Source: an uncultured Spirochaetota bacterium
GTDB lineage: Bacteria; Spirochaetota; Spirochaetia; SZUA-6; Fen-1364
Direction of reading: 5' to 3'
Assembly (NCBI GenBank): GCA_963781885.1
Contig: CAWAHW010000007.1
Coordinates: 558,625-622,624, forward strand
Length of the DNA: 64,000 nt
Part shown: positions 49,845 to 59,965 of the stretch, in pieces
Numbering within the stretch: the first letter of the stretch is position 1
How the letters are laid out: each line of letters begins with the position of its first letter
Notes under the pieces: generated by a model
What the model was told of the DNA's origin: nothing
Databases searched by the model: none
What the model saw: the letters and a program-made list of their open reading frames with translations, nothing else
Program-made: the position numbers and the translations under genes

Positions 49845-51416
49845 ATGCGCCTTCTCATCGTGGAGGACGAGTTCTACACCCGGCAGGGCATTGTCGAAGA
49901 CCTCGACCTCGCGTCGATCGGATTCGACGACATCCGCCAGGCCGACGACGGCGTCGATGCGCTGGAGATCGCACGCTCGTTTCCGCCCGACATCGTGCTT
50001 GCGGACGTGCGGATGCCGCGCATGGACGGGATCACGATGTCCTTCGCGCTGCGCAAGTCCTTCCCCCGGTGCCACATCGTGGTGATGAGCGGGCACTCGG
50101 ACAAGGAATACCTGAAGGCAGCCATCGAGCTTTCGGCCGTGAGCTATATCGAGAAGCCGTTTCGATCACGGGAGCTGAAGGAGGTGCTCCTCCGGGCGGC
50201 AACGCTGCACCGGCAGGAGGAGGAGAGGGACCGCCGGGAGGCGGCGCTGCAGATGCGCGCCGAGGCAGGCGCTCCGCTCCTGCGATCCGAGGTCGCCCTC
50301 ATGCTCGTGCAGCAGCAGCTCGACGACTCGCTGGCCCGCCAGATGCTCGCCGCCTCGGGCATCGAGCTTGCCGCGGATGCCGCGATTGCCGTCGCGGTCA
50401 TCCGGCCCGCCGGCACGTCATTCACTGACGAGCTCTCCAGCGGGTCCATTCCCCGGGTGGAGCAGGAAATCGCGCGCTCCTCGGTCGGCGGGCTGGTCGC
50501 TCTCAAGGGAAACGAGGAGGCGATCATTGTCCTCCACGCCCCTCCCGATCGCGCGCGAAGCCTCGAGAAGAACCTCGGCGGCATCTGCGCCGGGATATTG
50601 CCGAGCTTCGGCCCCGCGGTGATCGGGATCAGCCCCGTCGTCCCCGGTCTCGCTGCCGCGCGCGCCGCGTACCTCGCCGGCAGCTCTGCGCTGGACGCGG
50701 CATTCTTCTGCGGCCCCGGTACAATCGCATTCGACGCGTCGACCGGGCGCGCGGAGCTTCCGGTCGCCTCGGATGCAATCGATTCCTTCCAGGCGTGCCT
50801 CGACCGTGAGGACGGGGCGGCCGCGTCGGCGATGATCCGCGCGCTCGCCGAATCGCTCTGCGGCGCCGGATCGCGCGACGCCTGGCGCGCCCGCGACCTG
50901 CTCACGCGCATGCTCCTGCGCTTCTCCGCCTTCGCGGAGCGCAAGGGCCTGGGATCGCTGGAGGGCAAGCGGTCCCTGCGGAGCATGGCCGATGCCATCG
51001 AACGGGCGGGCACGCTTTCCTTCATCGCGGACCTGATGATCGCGCGCATCGACGACACGTTCGCGCTCGTGCGCGAGCGCGCGAGCGAGGGCCGGGTGGT
51101 GACCGACATCAAGAGGAGCGTCCACCGCGGCTTTGCGCGCCCGGGGCTTTCGATCGACGACATCGCGCGGGAGGTGGGTCTGTCCGCCGCCCACATCTGC
51201 CGCCTGTTCAAGGAGGCCACGGGCGAGACGATCCACCGCTACATCACCGCCTACCGCCTGGAGCGCGCGCGCGATCTGCTGGCGGATCCGCGCCTGCCGA
51301 AGATGACGGAGGTCGCCGCGCGCGCGGGCTTCGCCGATGCCAACTACTTTGCCCGGTCCTTCCGCAAGGAGACGGGGCTGTCGCCGTCCGAGTTCCGCGA
51401 CAAGGCGCTGCGGTGA
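49845..51416 (+). CDS. YesN-like response regulator (receiver + AraC HTH)
   Basis: LIVEDE, DVRMPRMDG; GFADANYFARSFRKETGLSPSEFR. Confidence 0.94.
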   Translation: MRLLIVEDEFYTRQGIVEDLDLASIGFDDIRQADDGVDALEIARSFPPDIVLADVRMPRMDGITMSFALRKSFPRCHIVVMSGHSDKEYLKAAIELSAVSYIEKPFRSRELKEVLLRAATLHRQEEERDRREAALQMRAEAGAPLLRSEVALMLVQQQLDDSLARQMLAASGIELAADAAIAVAVIRPAGTSFTDELSSGSIPRVEQEIARSSVGGLVALKGNEEAIIVLHAPPDRARSLEKNLGGICAGILPSFGPAVIGISPVVPGLAAARAAYLAGSSALDAAFFCGPGTIAFDASTGRAELPVASDAIDSFQACLDREDGAAASAMIRALAESLCGAGSRDAWRARDLLTRMLLRFSAFAERKGLGSLEGKRSLRSMADAIERAGTLSFIADLMIARIDDTFALVRERASEGRVVTDIKRSVHRGFARPGLSIDDIAREVGLSAAHICRLFKEATGETIHRYITAYRLERARDLLADPRLPKMTEVAARAGFADANYFARSFRKETGLSPSEFRDKALR

Positions 51417-53230
51417 CGATCAGCCTCCGGGGCCTGCTGCACTCGTTCAACGTCGACGTGAGACTCCGCCAGAAGCTGCTCATCTCCTACCTTGCCATCA
51501 TCGTCATCCCCTTCGTCATCCTCGCGGTCTTTGTCTCCCAGAAGGTGTCGCGCATCGTGGAGGAGCGTCTGGCGTACTCCGCGAACCAGGGTTTCCAGCA
51601 GGCCGGCGCATTCCTGGAATACAGGCTCTACAATGTCCTGAAGGTCTCCCACGTCTTTCTCGTCGACCGGTCGATCAACGCCATCCTATTGAAGAACACC
51701 AAGGGCTACGACCTGCGCAGCCAGAGGGTGGACATGGATACGCTCACCAACCTGTTCTTCAACTACCAGGACGGGGTCAACATCGAGCGCATCCGCCTGT
51801 ACGTGCGCGACGGCCTGGACTACGCGGCCGAGCAAGTGAATCTTTTCGGGATGTCCGTCGCGCAAGGCGCCCGGTGGTACGACTATCTGCAGAAGAGCGG
51901 CAACACCTATGTCTGGTGCCCGTCGGAGTACCTGGACACGGACGGTCCGGACTCCGCGGGGACCCTCTCGCTTGCCCGCTACATCGTGGACCTCGACAAC
52001 CTGGGCCGGCACATCGGGGTGCTGCGCATCGACATCAGGAAGTCGCAGGTGATGGACATCCTCGCGAAGTCGAGCGCGCTCGCGGACAGCATCACGTACG
52101 TCCAGAACGACGCGGGCGATATCGTTGCATCGTCCAACCCGGGGAAGATCGACAGATTCCGCGCCTTCATCGCCGCGCAGCCGGCGGAAGCCGAGCGGCA
52201 CCCGGGCGGTGTTTTCCGATTCGCCGCAGGCGGCGAAGAGGCTCTGACGGAGCAGAGGAGCCTGGGAACGACGGACTGGCGCATCGTGTCGGTCATCCCC
52301 GTTGCGAGCATCGTGGCGCAGAGCCAGGCGATCCGCGACCAGATCTTCGTTGTGATCTTCGCGATCGCCACGGCCGCCTACATCCTGGCGTGGTGGGTGT
52401 CGCGCTCCATCACGCGCCGGCTCTCCCAGATCATGGAAACGATGCGCGGCGCGCAGCAGGGGCGCCTGGAAAAGCTCGCTCTCCCCGCGGGGCGGGACGA
52501 GATCGGGGAGCTCGCGGTGACCTACGACAGGATGGTGGACGAGATCGAGACCCTCATCGCGCGGGAGGAGCGCATCCAGAGGGACCTCAAAGGCGCCGAG
52601 CTCAAGGCCCTCCAGGCGCAGATCAATCCCCATTTCCTCTACAACACCCTCGACATGATCAAGTGGATGGCGCGCCGGGGCATGGCGGATGAGATCGAGG
52701 AGCTTCTCAACTCGCTGGCCACGTTCTACCGGCTCTCCCTCAGCGAAGGCCGGGAGACCATCCCCGTCCGCGACGAGCTGCGCCACGTGGATCTGTACGC
52801 GCGGATCCAGAACATGCGCTTCCGCGGCGCAATAGACTTCTCGATCGATGTCGACGACGAGGTCCTGGATCGCGAGATTCTCCGCGTCACCCTGCAGCCC
52901 CTGGTGGAGAACGCGATCCTCCATGGCATCAACGAGAAGCCGGACAAGCGCGGCTGGATCACCATCACGGGCGGCGCCGAGAACGGATCGGTGGTCCTGG
53001 CCGTCGAGGACGACGGGGTGGGGATCGAGGCATGGCGCCTTTCCTCCCTGCTCGAGCCGGACCCGGGCCGGGGAACCGGCTACGGGGTGCACAACATCCA
53101 CCAGCGCTATCGCCTGTTTTACGGCGAGCAGTACGGTCTCTCATTCGAAAGCCGCCGCGGGATCGGCACGCGGGCAACCGTTCGTTTCGCTCCCCATGCT
53201 CCAACGGATCAGGAAAATCGCCTCGATTAG
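51413..53230 (+). CDS. YesM-like sensor histidine kinase
   Basis: HAMP; ALQAQINPHFLYNTL; LQPLVENAILHG. Confidence 0.95.
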   Translation: MTISLRGLLHSFNVDVRLRQKLLISYLAIIVIPFVILAVFVSQKVSRIVEERLAYSANQGFQQAGAFLEYRLYNVLKVSHVFLVDRSINAILLKNTKGYDLRSQRVDMDTLTNLFFNYQDGVNIERIRLYVRDGLDYAAEQVNLFGMSVAQGARWYDYLQKSGNTYVWCPSEYLDTDGPDSAGTLSLARYIVDLDNLGRHIGVLRIDIRKSQVMDILAKSSALADSITYVQNDAGDIVASSNPGKIDRFRAFIAAQPAEAERHPGGVFRFAAGGEEALTEQRSLGTTDWRIVSVIPVASIVAQSQAIRDQIFVVIFAIATAAYILAWWVSRSITRRLSQIMETMRGAQQGRLEKLALPAGRDEIGELAVTYDRMVDEIETLIAREERIQRDLKGAELKALQAQINPHFLYNTLDMIKWMARRGMADEIEELLNSLATFYRLSLSEGRETIPVRDELRHVDLYARIQNMRFRGAIDFSIDVDDEVLDREILRVTLQPLVENAILHGINEKPDKRGWITITGGAENGSVVLAVEDDGVGIEAWRLSSLLEPDPGRGTGYGVHNIHQRYRLFYGEQYGLSFESRRGIGTRATVRFAPHAPTDQENRLD

Positions 53231-53329
53231 AAGAAAATCCTGTATACCCGGCGCACCGCGCGTTCTATCATAGCGGCGTTCCGGTCCGGAAACCCGGACC
53301 GCGGAAAGCCCCCACACCCCGGAGAGAAC

Positions 53330-54250
53330 GTGAAGAAGCACGGCATTGTGTATGAGCTCGCCAGGAACAGGCTCCTCTACCTTATGTTCGTGCCGGTGGC
53401 GGCGTACTACATCATCTTCGCCTACATCCCGATGGCGGGCATCGTGGTCGCGTTCAAGGAGTTCAACTATCGGGGCGGCATGTTCGGCAGCCCCTGGATC
53501 GGGTTCACCAATTTCCGCTATTTCTTCGTCTCGGGCAAGGCGTGGCTCGTCACGCAGAACACCTTCCTCTACAACGTGGTGTTCCTGGCCTGCTATACCT
53601 TCTTCTCCGTGCTCCTTGCCATCCTCATCTTCGAGGTGAGCAGCAGGTGGTTCAAGAAGGTGTCGCAGTCGCTCCTTTTCCTGCCCTATTTCGTGTCATG
53701 GGTCGTCGTGAACGCATTCATCTACAACCTGTTCAACTACGAATACGGCCTGATCAACACTGTCCTGAAGACATTCGGCGGGCACGCCATCGACATCTAC
53801 AGCAACCCGAACACGTGGCACATCCTCCTGCCGCTGTTTTACATCTGGAAGTGGGTGGGCTTCGGCAGCGTGCTTTACCTCGCCGCCCTCTCCGGCATGG
53901 ACTACGAATGCCATGAGGCAGCAATCATCGACGGCGCGAGCGCCTTCCAGCGCATCCGCCGCATCACCCTTCCGCTGCTGCGCCCCACCATCGTCATTCT
54001 CATCCTCCTTGGGGTCGGGCGGATCATGCGCGGCGAGTTCGACATGTTCTACCAGCTCATCGGGAACAACGGGCGCCTTCTGGACGCCACCGATATCATC
54101 GACACCCTGGTCTTCCGCTCCCTCGTCACCATGCAGGATTTCGGCATGGCCTCCGCGAGCGGACTGTACCAGTCGGTGCTCTGTTTCATCATCATCATGC
54201 TGGTCAACGGCTTCATCCGCCGCTATGAAAAAGACTATGCGCTGTTCTAG
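53330..54250 (+). CDS. Carbohydrate ABC transporter permease (LplB-like)
   Basis: YIPMAG, SPWIGFTNF, LPYFVSWVV, EAAIIDGA. Confidence 0.93.
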   Translation: MKKHGIVYELARNRLLYLMFVPVAAYYIIFAYIPMAGIVVAFKEFNYRGGMFGSPWIGFTNFRYFFVSGKAWLVTQNTFLYNVVFLACYTFFSVLLAILIFEVSSRWFKKVSQSLLFLPYFVSWVVVNAFIYNLFNYEYGLINTVLKTFGGHAIDIYSNPNTWHILLPLFYIWKWVGFGSVLYLAALSGMDYECHEAAIIDGASAFQRIRRITLPLLRPTIVILILLGVGRIMRGEFDMFYQLIGNNGRLLDATDIIDTLVFRSLVTMQDFGMASASGLYQSVLCFIIIMLVNGFIRRYEKDYALF

Positions 54251-54268
54251 GCCGGAGCCCATCCCGTC

Positions 54269-55153
54269 ATGAGACACACGATGAGCCGCGACGTCCGGCG
54301 TCTGCACGTTCTGGCCTACGTGGTGGTGAGCTTCTTCGCCGCTCTGGCGCTTTTCCCGTTCGCGATGCTTGCCATCAACTCCTTCGCCTCGGAGCATGCC
54401 ATCCTCAACTACGGGTACTCCTTCGCCCCCCGCGAGCTGTCGGTGGCGGCGTACCGCATGATCTTCCAGAACCCGCAGAAGATGCTCCGCACGTACGGCC
54501 TCACGATCTTCATCACGGTGGTGGGAACCGGCATCTCCCTCTTCATCTCCTCAATGGCCGCGTTCGTCCTCTCGCGGCGCGAGCTGCGCTACCGCAACTC
54601 GCTCGCCTTCTTCCTGTACTTCACGCAGCTCTTCAACGGGGGGCTCGTCCCCTACTACATCCTGCTCTCCAAGGGGCTCCATCTTCAGAACTCCGTGCTC
54701 GTGCTGATGCTCGTGCCGATGTTCAGCGTCCTCAACATCCTGATCCTGCGCAACTTCATCGGAAACTCGGTCCCGGCGAGCCTCTTCGAGTCGGCAAAGA
54801 TGGACGGCGCCAACGAGATGATTCTCTTTCTGCGCATCGCGCTGCCGATCTCCAAGCCGGCCCTCGCGTCCATCGGGCTCCTCACGGCGCTGGGCTACTG
54901 GAACGACTGGTGGACCCCCATGATGTTCATCCAGCGGGAAACCCTGTACCCGTTGCAGTACACCCTGTATCAGCTCATCAACAGCATCAACTTCGCCGCC
55001 GCCATGGTGAACACCCTGCCCGTCATCAACATGCCCAAGGAGTCGCTGAAGCTCGCCATGACCGTCGTCGCCACCGGCCCGATCATCGCCGTCTATCCCT
55101 TCGTGCAGCGCTATTTCGTGCAGGGCATCACCCTGGGGGCGGTGAAAGGATGA
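54269..55153 (+). CDS. Carbohydrate ABC transporter permease (LplC-like)
   Basis: FNGGLVPYY, ESAKMDGA, YPFVQRYFVQGITLGAVKG. Confidence 0.93.
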   Translation: MRHTMSRDVRRLHVLAYVVVSFFAALALFPFAMLAINSFASEHAILNYGYSFAPRELSVAAYRMIFQNPQKMLRTYGLTIFITVVGTGISLFISSMAAFVLSRRELRYRNSLAFFLYFTQLFNGGLVPYYILLSKGLHLQNSVLVLMLVPMFSVLNILILRNFIGNSVPASLFESAKMDGANEMILFLRIALPISKPALASIGLLTALGYWNDWWTPMMFIQRETLYPLQYTLYQLINSINFAAAMVNTLPVINMPKESLKLAMTVVATGPIIAVYPFVQRYFVQGITLGAVKG

Positions 55154-55254
55154 TGCATGCACTCACTATGGCCATCACCCCGCGCGTATGCCGGGGAAAC
55201 TCATCGCGGCCATTGGCCGGGATGACAGATCGACACTCTGAAGGAGGTTTCATC

Positions 55255-56799
55255 ATGAGCAGACGGTTCCGTGTCCTGTTCATCGCACTGGCCTTCCTTG
55301 CCTGCGCCGGCTTCACCTTTGCGGCCGGGAGCAAGGAGGGGACGGCCAGCGCCGCTCCGGCGAACCAGAAGGAGGTCCACCTCTATGGGTACCTCCTCGG
55401 GGCGCCACTGCCCGGCATGGCGGACGTCATGGCGGAGCTCAACAAGAAGCTCAAGAAGGATCTCAACGTCACCATGGAGATCAACTACCTCGGCTGGGCG
55501 GATTACCAGTCCAAGTACCCGCTGGTCCTCGCGGCGGGTGAGAACATCGACTGGATCTATACCGCGAGTTGGTGCATGTACGGCACGCAGGCGGTCCGCG
55601 GGGCCTTCTACCCGCTCACCCAGGAAATGCTGGCAAAGTACATGCCCCTGCATTTCAAGAAAGAGGCCGCGTCGGCGTGGAAGCAGTCGCTGGTCAACGG
55701 CAAGATCTACATGATCCCGACCTCGACCCCTGACCGCAAGATCGGATCCGTGGCGCTCATTCGCGGGGATCTGCGCAAGAAATACGGCCTGCCCGAGATC
55801 ACGAAGATGAGCCAGATGGAGCCCTACCTGAAGGCCGTCCAGCAGAACGAGCCCGGCATGGTCCCCATGGTCATCGAGAGCGGCTATGACCTGGGCGTCG
55901 TCTTCAACGGCTACCGCAACGAGCTCACGCCGCCGTACAACTGGGCCATCAGCGGCGCCGTTCCCTACATCTACAATTACCAAGCCGCCACGCCGAAGGC
56001 CATGACGGAGCTCGACGGCCCGTACGCGGACGGTTTCGTGAAATCCGCCAGCTTCACAAAAGACTGGTACGACAAGGGCTATTTCAACAAGGACCCGTTT
56101 GCCAACAAGGTCCGCAGCAAGGAGGCATTCGAGCAGGGCAAGTCCGCCGTCGGGTTCGGCAATTCCATCGACACCCAGGGCAACATCACGAAGGCGATCG
56201 ACTCCGGCTTCCAGGTGGAGATCATCCCCCTGCTGGATTCCACGGGTCACTACCCGGCGGACTCCTTCATCAACAACGGCGTCGCGCTCGCGGCAACCAC
56301 GAAGAACGCCGAGCGCACGCTCCAGGCCCTTGACCTCATCATGGAGGACCCGGCGTACGTGTACCTCGCGTACTTCGGCATCGAGGGCAAGAACTACGTC
56401 ATCACGTCGGACGGGAAAATCGGGCTTCCCCCGGGCGTCACGGCTGACCAGAACACCTACCCGATCGACCAGGCTGGATTCTGGTGGGTCGACAAGGACC
56501 TGTTCAAGCCCCTGGCCTCCTGGCCGCCCGCGTACGTCGCCCTCAACGCGAAGATCCCCAGCATGCTCTTTGCCACGCCGTACTCGGCGTTCGGGTTCAT
56601 CCCGGATGCCGTGAAGACCGAGATCGCGAATGTGACCGCGGTGTGGCAGCAGTATGAATGGCCCATCCAGGTCGGCATGGTGGACAACGTCGCGCAGTCC
56701 ATTGCGACCTTGAAGGACAAGCTCGCCGCAGCCAACTCGGACAAGGTGCTGGCGGAGATCCAGAGGCAGATGGACGCGTTCGCCGCGGGGCTCAAGTAG
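55255..56799 (+). CDS. Carbohydrate ABC substrate-binding protein (DUF3502-type C-terminus)
   Basis: AAGGAGG RBS; signal peptide FAAGSKE; VNGKIYMIP; GIEGKNY; DKVLAEIQRQMDAF. Confidence 0.92.
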   Translation: MSRRFRVLFIALAFLACAGFTFAAGSKEGTASAAPANQKEVHLYGYLLGAPLPGMADVMAELNKKLKKDLNVTMEINYLGWADYQSKYPLVLAAGENIDWIYTASWCMYGTQAVRGAFYPLTQEMLAKYMPLHFKKEAASAWKQSLVNGKIYMIPTSTPDRKIGSVALIRGDLRKKYGLPEITKMSQMEPYLKAVQQNEPGMVPMVIESGYDLGVVFNGYRNELTPPYNWAISGAVPYIYNYQAATPKAMTELDGPYADGFVKSASFTKDWYDKGYFNKDPFANKVRSKEAFEQGKSAVGFGNSIDTQGNITKAIDSGFQVEIIPLLDSTGHYPADSFINNGVALAATTKNAERTLQALDLIMEDPAYVYLAYFGIEGKNYVITSDGKIGLPPGVTADQNTYPIDQAGFWWVDKDLFKPLASWPPAYVALNAKIPSMLFATPYSAFGFIPDAVKTEIANVTAVWQQYEWPIQVGMVDNVAQSIATLKDKLAAANSDKVLAEIQRQMDAFAAGLK

Positions 56800-56814
56800 G
56801 GCTTCTTTACAACC

Positions 56815-56881
56815 CGGACGACGCACGGGGTCGTCCGCGTCACCTCACGGGAAGCCGCAGCGATGCGGCTTCCACTCTTTT
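56815..56881 (+). terminator. Double hairpin after the SBP gene (partial terminator or mRNA-stabilising stems)
   Basis: CGGACGAC/GTCGTCCG stem and GGAAGCCGCA-GCGA-TGCGGCTTCC stem followed by ACTCTTTT. Confidence 0.7.
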
Positions 56882-56895
56882 GTCAGGGAACGAAC

Positions 56896-59231
56896 ATGCA
56901 GGAATCGACAATCGACGCGCGAAACGCGGGGATCCGGGTGCGCCCCGCGCTCCCCTCCCTGCAGGGATCGAATCCTCGCGGGGACACCATCGCCTTCACC
57001 AATTCCTCCCTCACCTTCAACGGAAAACCATGGCTTGCTGTCATGGGGGAGATCCACTACGCGCGGCTCCGCAGGGAAACATGGAGGGACGAGCTCCTGA
57101 AGATGAAGGCGGGCGGCATCGACATCGCGTCCACCTACGTCTTCTGGATCCATCACGAAGAGGAGCGCGGAGTCTTCGACTGGACGGGCGACCGTGACCT
57201 GCGGAGCTTCGTCCAGGAATGCGGGCACGCGGGACTGTCCGCGGTGGTGCGTGTCGGCCCCTTCTGTCACGGGGAAGTACGCAACGGCGGCCTGCCCGAC
57301 TGGCTGTATGGAAGTCCCTTTGCCCTCCGGTCGCAATGACGAACGCTACCTGCGACTGGCGCGCGTCCTGTACGGCGAGATCGCGCGGCAGCTGGACGGG
57401 CTCTGGTTCGGGGAGGGCGGACCGATCATCGGGATCCAGCTTGAGAACGAGCTCATGCACGCGGGGGCTCCGTGGGAAACCACTCCACGACTGTGCCAGG
57501 AGTGGGTGAGCGCCGGCACGGGCGGTGCGGATCACCTGCGCATGCTGCTGCGGATCGCGGCGGAGGCCGGGTTCAAGGCCCCCCTCTACACGAGCACCGC
57601 GTGGGGAGGCGCCCCCGTGCTCGAAGGCGACGTCCTCCCGCTGTATGGAGGCTACGCCTATTGCCCCTGGAACGTCACGGAATCCACGCCCGTGCATGCA
57701 CCGACCCGCGAATACATCTTCCGCAATTTCCGCGCCCCCGCCATCCGGGACGCGCAGTTCGACCCCGCATACGACCCGTCGGCGTATCCGTTCGCCTGCT
57801 GTGAGATGGGCGGCGGGATGCAGTCATGGTACCGCTACCGGTTCGTCGTGCCCCCCGCGAGCGTCGAGGCTCTGGCGGTCATGAAGCTGGCCGGAGGTTG
57901 CGCGGTGCTCGGCTACTACATGTACCACGGGGGAACGAATCCCGTCGGACGGCGCGGCTTCCTGAACGAGCACGTCGTGCCCCGCATCTCCTATGACTAC
58001 CAGGCTCCTCTTGGCGAGTCCGGCCAGGTGCGGGAATCGTGGGCACGATTGCGCCGCGTGCACCTGTTTTTCCGGCATTTCCAGGAGGAGCTGGCGGCTG
58101 GCGGGAACGGCGCTGCCGGCGGGCGCGGAGGAGCTGCAGCCCGCCGACACAAGGACCGTGCGATGCGCGGCCCGTGCCAATGGCGATGCCGGATTCCTCT
58201 TCCTCAACAATTTCCAGGACCACGCTGTCATGCCGAATCACACGGGCGTCTCCGTGAGGATCGAGCTGCCGGGCGGACCGGTGCGCATCCCCCATGCGGG
58301 AGGATTCACCCTGAAGACCGACGCCTCGGTCATCCTGCCCTTCGGCCTTTCCATCGGCGGAGCGCACATGGTCTCCGCCACCGTGCAGCCATTGGCACGC
58401 CTGGATGTCGACGGGGTCGAGCACCTGTTCTTCTTCGCGCGTGAAGGCATCGATCCGGAGCTCGTCTTTGCGTCGCGAGGTCTGAGCGTCGAGCTGTCGG
58501 ACTGCAGCCGCGAAAGCGCCGGCGGGCTCGCCGTGCTTCGCCCGAACCCGGGCCTTGGCTCCTCGATCTCCATTCGTGGCGCATCGGGGAGCGCCGTCAT
58601 CCACATCCTCACCGAGGAGCAGTCGCTCTGCTTTTCCATCCTGCGTCTCGGCGGCCGTCTTCGGGCGATCCTGCTCCGCGGGGAGGTGTTCGAGGATGAG
58701 GGCGCGCTCAGGCTGCGCGTGCCCTGCGCGGATCCAGGACAGGTGGAATTGTACGCGTTCCCGGCAGTGGAAAGGCCGCTGACGGCAACGGGCGCCCGGA
58801 TGGTTGCGTCGGAGGTGGATGGGTTTTCCCGATGCACGCTCGCCTATGCCGGGAGGCGTGTCCCTCTCACGGTGACACAGCCCTCTGCCGGGGACGCCGA
58901 GATTGCATTCCCCGTCGGCCTGACCGAAGGGCTCGTGGAGGTTCTTCTCTGCGTCCGCTATGAGGGCGACGTCGGGAACGCCTTCATCGACGGCGCGCTC
59001 GTGTCTGACGATTTCGCCAACGGCCAGGCCTGGGAAATCGGGCTTGCCCGATTGGGCGCCGATCTCGAGCGCAAGGGAATGTATATCCACGTGACGCCGC
59101 GGCGCGAGGGCGCTGTCATCATCAGGGAGTCCGCCATGGCGCTCCAGCAGGAGCTGCAGGGGCGCGAGGTTGCCGCGATCCACAGTATCGAGGCGCTTCC
59201 CATCCGGGAGATCGTCGTCACGGCAGTCTGA
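56896..59231 (+). CDS. GH35 beta-galactosidase, frameshifted near 57334 and 58100
   Basis: GEIHYAR, YVFWIHHEE, GPFCHGE..GGLPDW, IQLENE, CEMGGG, GYYMYHGGTNP, SYDYQAPLGE. Confidence 0.9.
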
Positions 59232-59345
59232 AGCTCGCCTCGCTCCGCGCACTTCCGCGGAGCCGGGGTATCCTGCAGGCCGCTCCTCATCTGTGGACAA
59301 CAACGCCTTTTCGGCGCCGTTCGGCAAATGGGAATCGGTCCGGCG

Positions 59346-59922
59346 TCAGATCGTCAATCTTTCTTTTCCCGGCCCGCGTCGTCCGACGCGGAGCTCTCCG
59401 GTTCGCTCCAGCGCGCGGATGGCGGTTTCCACGTCCTCCGTCTCCCAATCCCGGAGGACACCGTATCCCTGGAGGCAGTCGTGGAATGCGCGCACGGCGT
59501 GCGGCCCGGGCGCGGCGCAGAGAATGCGGGCGGCCTCGGAAACGGTGAAACGTCGCCGGTAGCGGCGGACGAAGGCGCGCGATTGCCGCGCACCCGGCGG
59601 GGTACCGCGGCACGGTTCCATCGCAGACGTCGCAACCCCCGCAGGCGACCCCCGGCTGGCCGATGAGGGAAAGCAGCTCGTTGCGCCGGCACGAGCCAAC
59701 GCGCGCGGCGTACCCGCGCATGCGCTCGAAGCAACGCCGTCCCACCTCGTCAGTGATGCGCGCGGCAAGCTCCGAATCATCGTTTCCCGAGAGCAGAATG
59801 GCACGGCTGGGCCTGCCGTCCCGCCCCGCGCGTCCCGACTCCTGCAGGTACGCCTCTATTGAGGGAGGCACGTGCGCGTGGATGACCAGCCGGATGTCCG
59901 GCTTGTCGACGCCCATGCCGTA
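59346..59922 (-). pseudogene. recQ: 3' fragment of a RecQ-family helicase interrupted by an integrated element (additional indel near 59577)
   Basis: YGMGVDKPDIRLVIH..YLQESGRAGRDG, Zn motif CRR..CGGCDVC, RQC-like tail; in-frame TAA TAA 7 codons upstream of YGMG. Confidence 0.88.
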
Positions 59923-59930
59923 AGGATATG

Positions 59931-59959
59931 TTGACTTTAAACATTATTAATACTATCTT
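59931..59959 (+). promoter_or_regulatory. Sigma70 promoter of the recombinase, probably producing a leaderless mRNA
   Basis: TTGACT-N17-TATCTT; the GTG start at 59966 is 7 nt downstream and has no SD. Confidence 0.6.
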
Positions 59960-59965
59960 CGTACC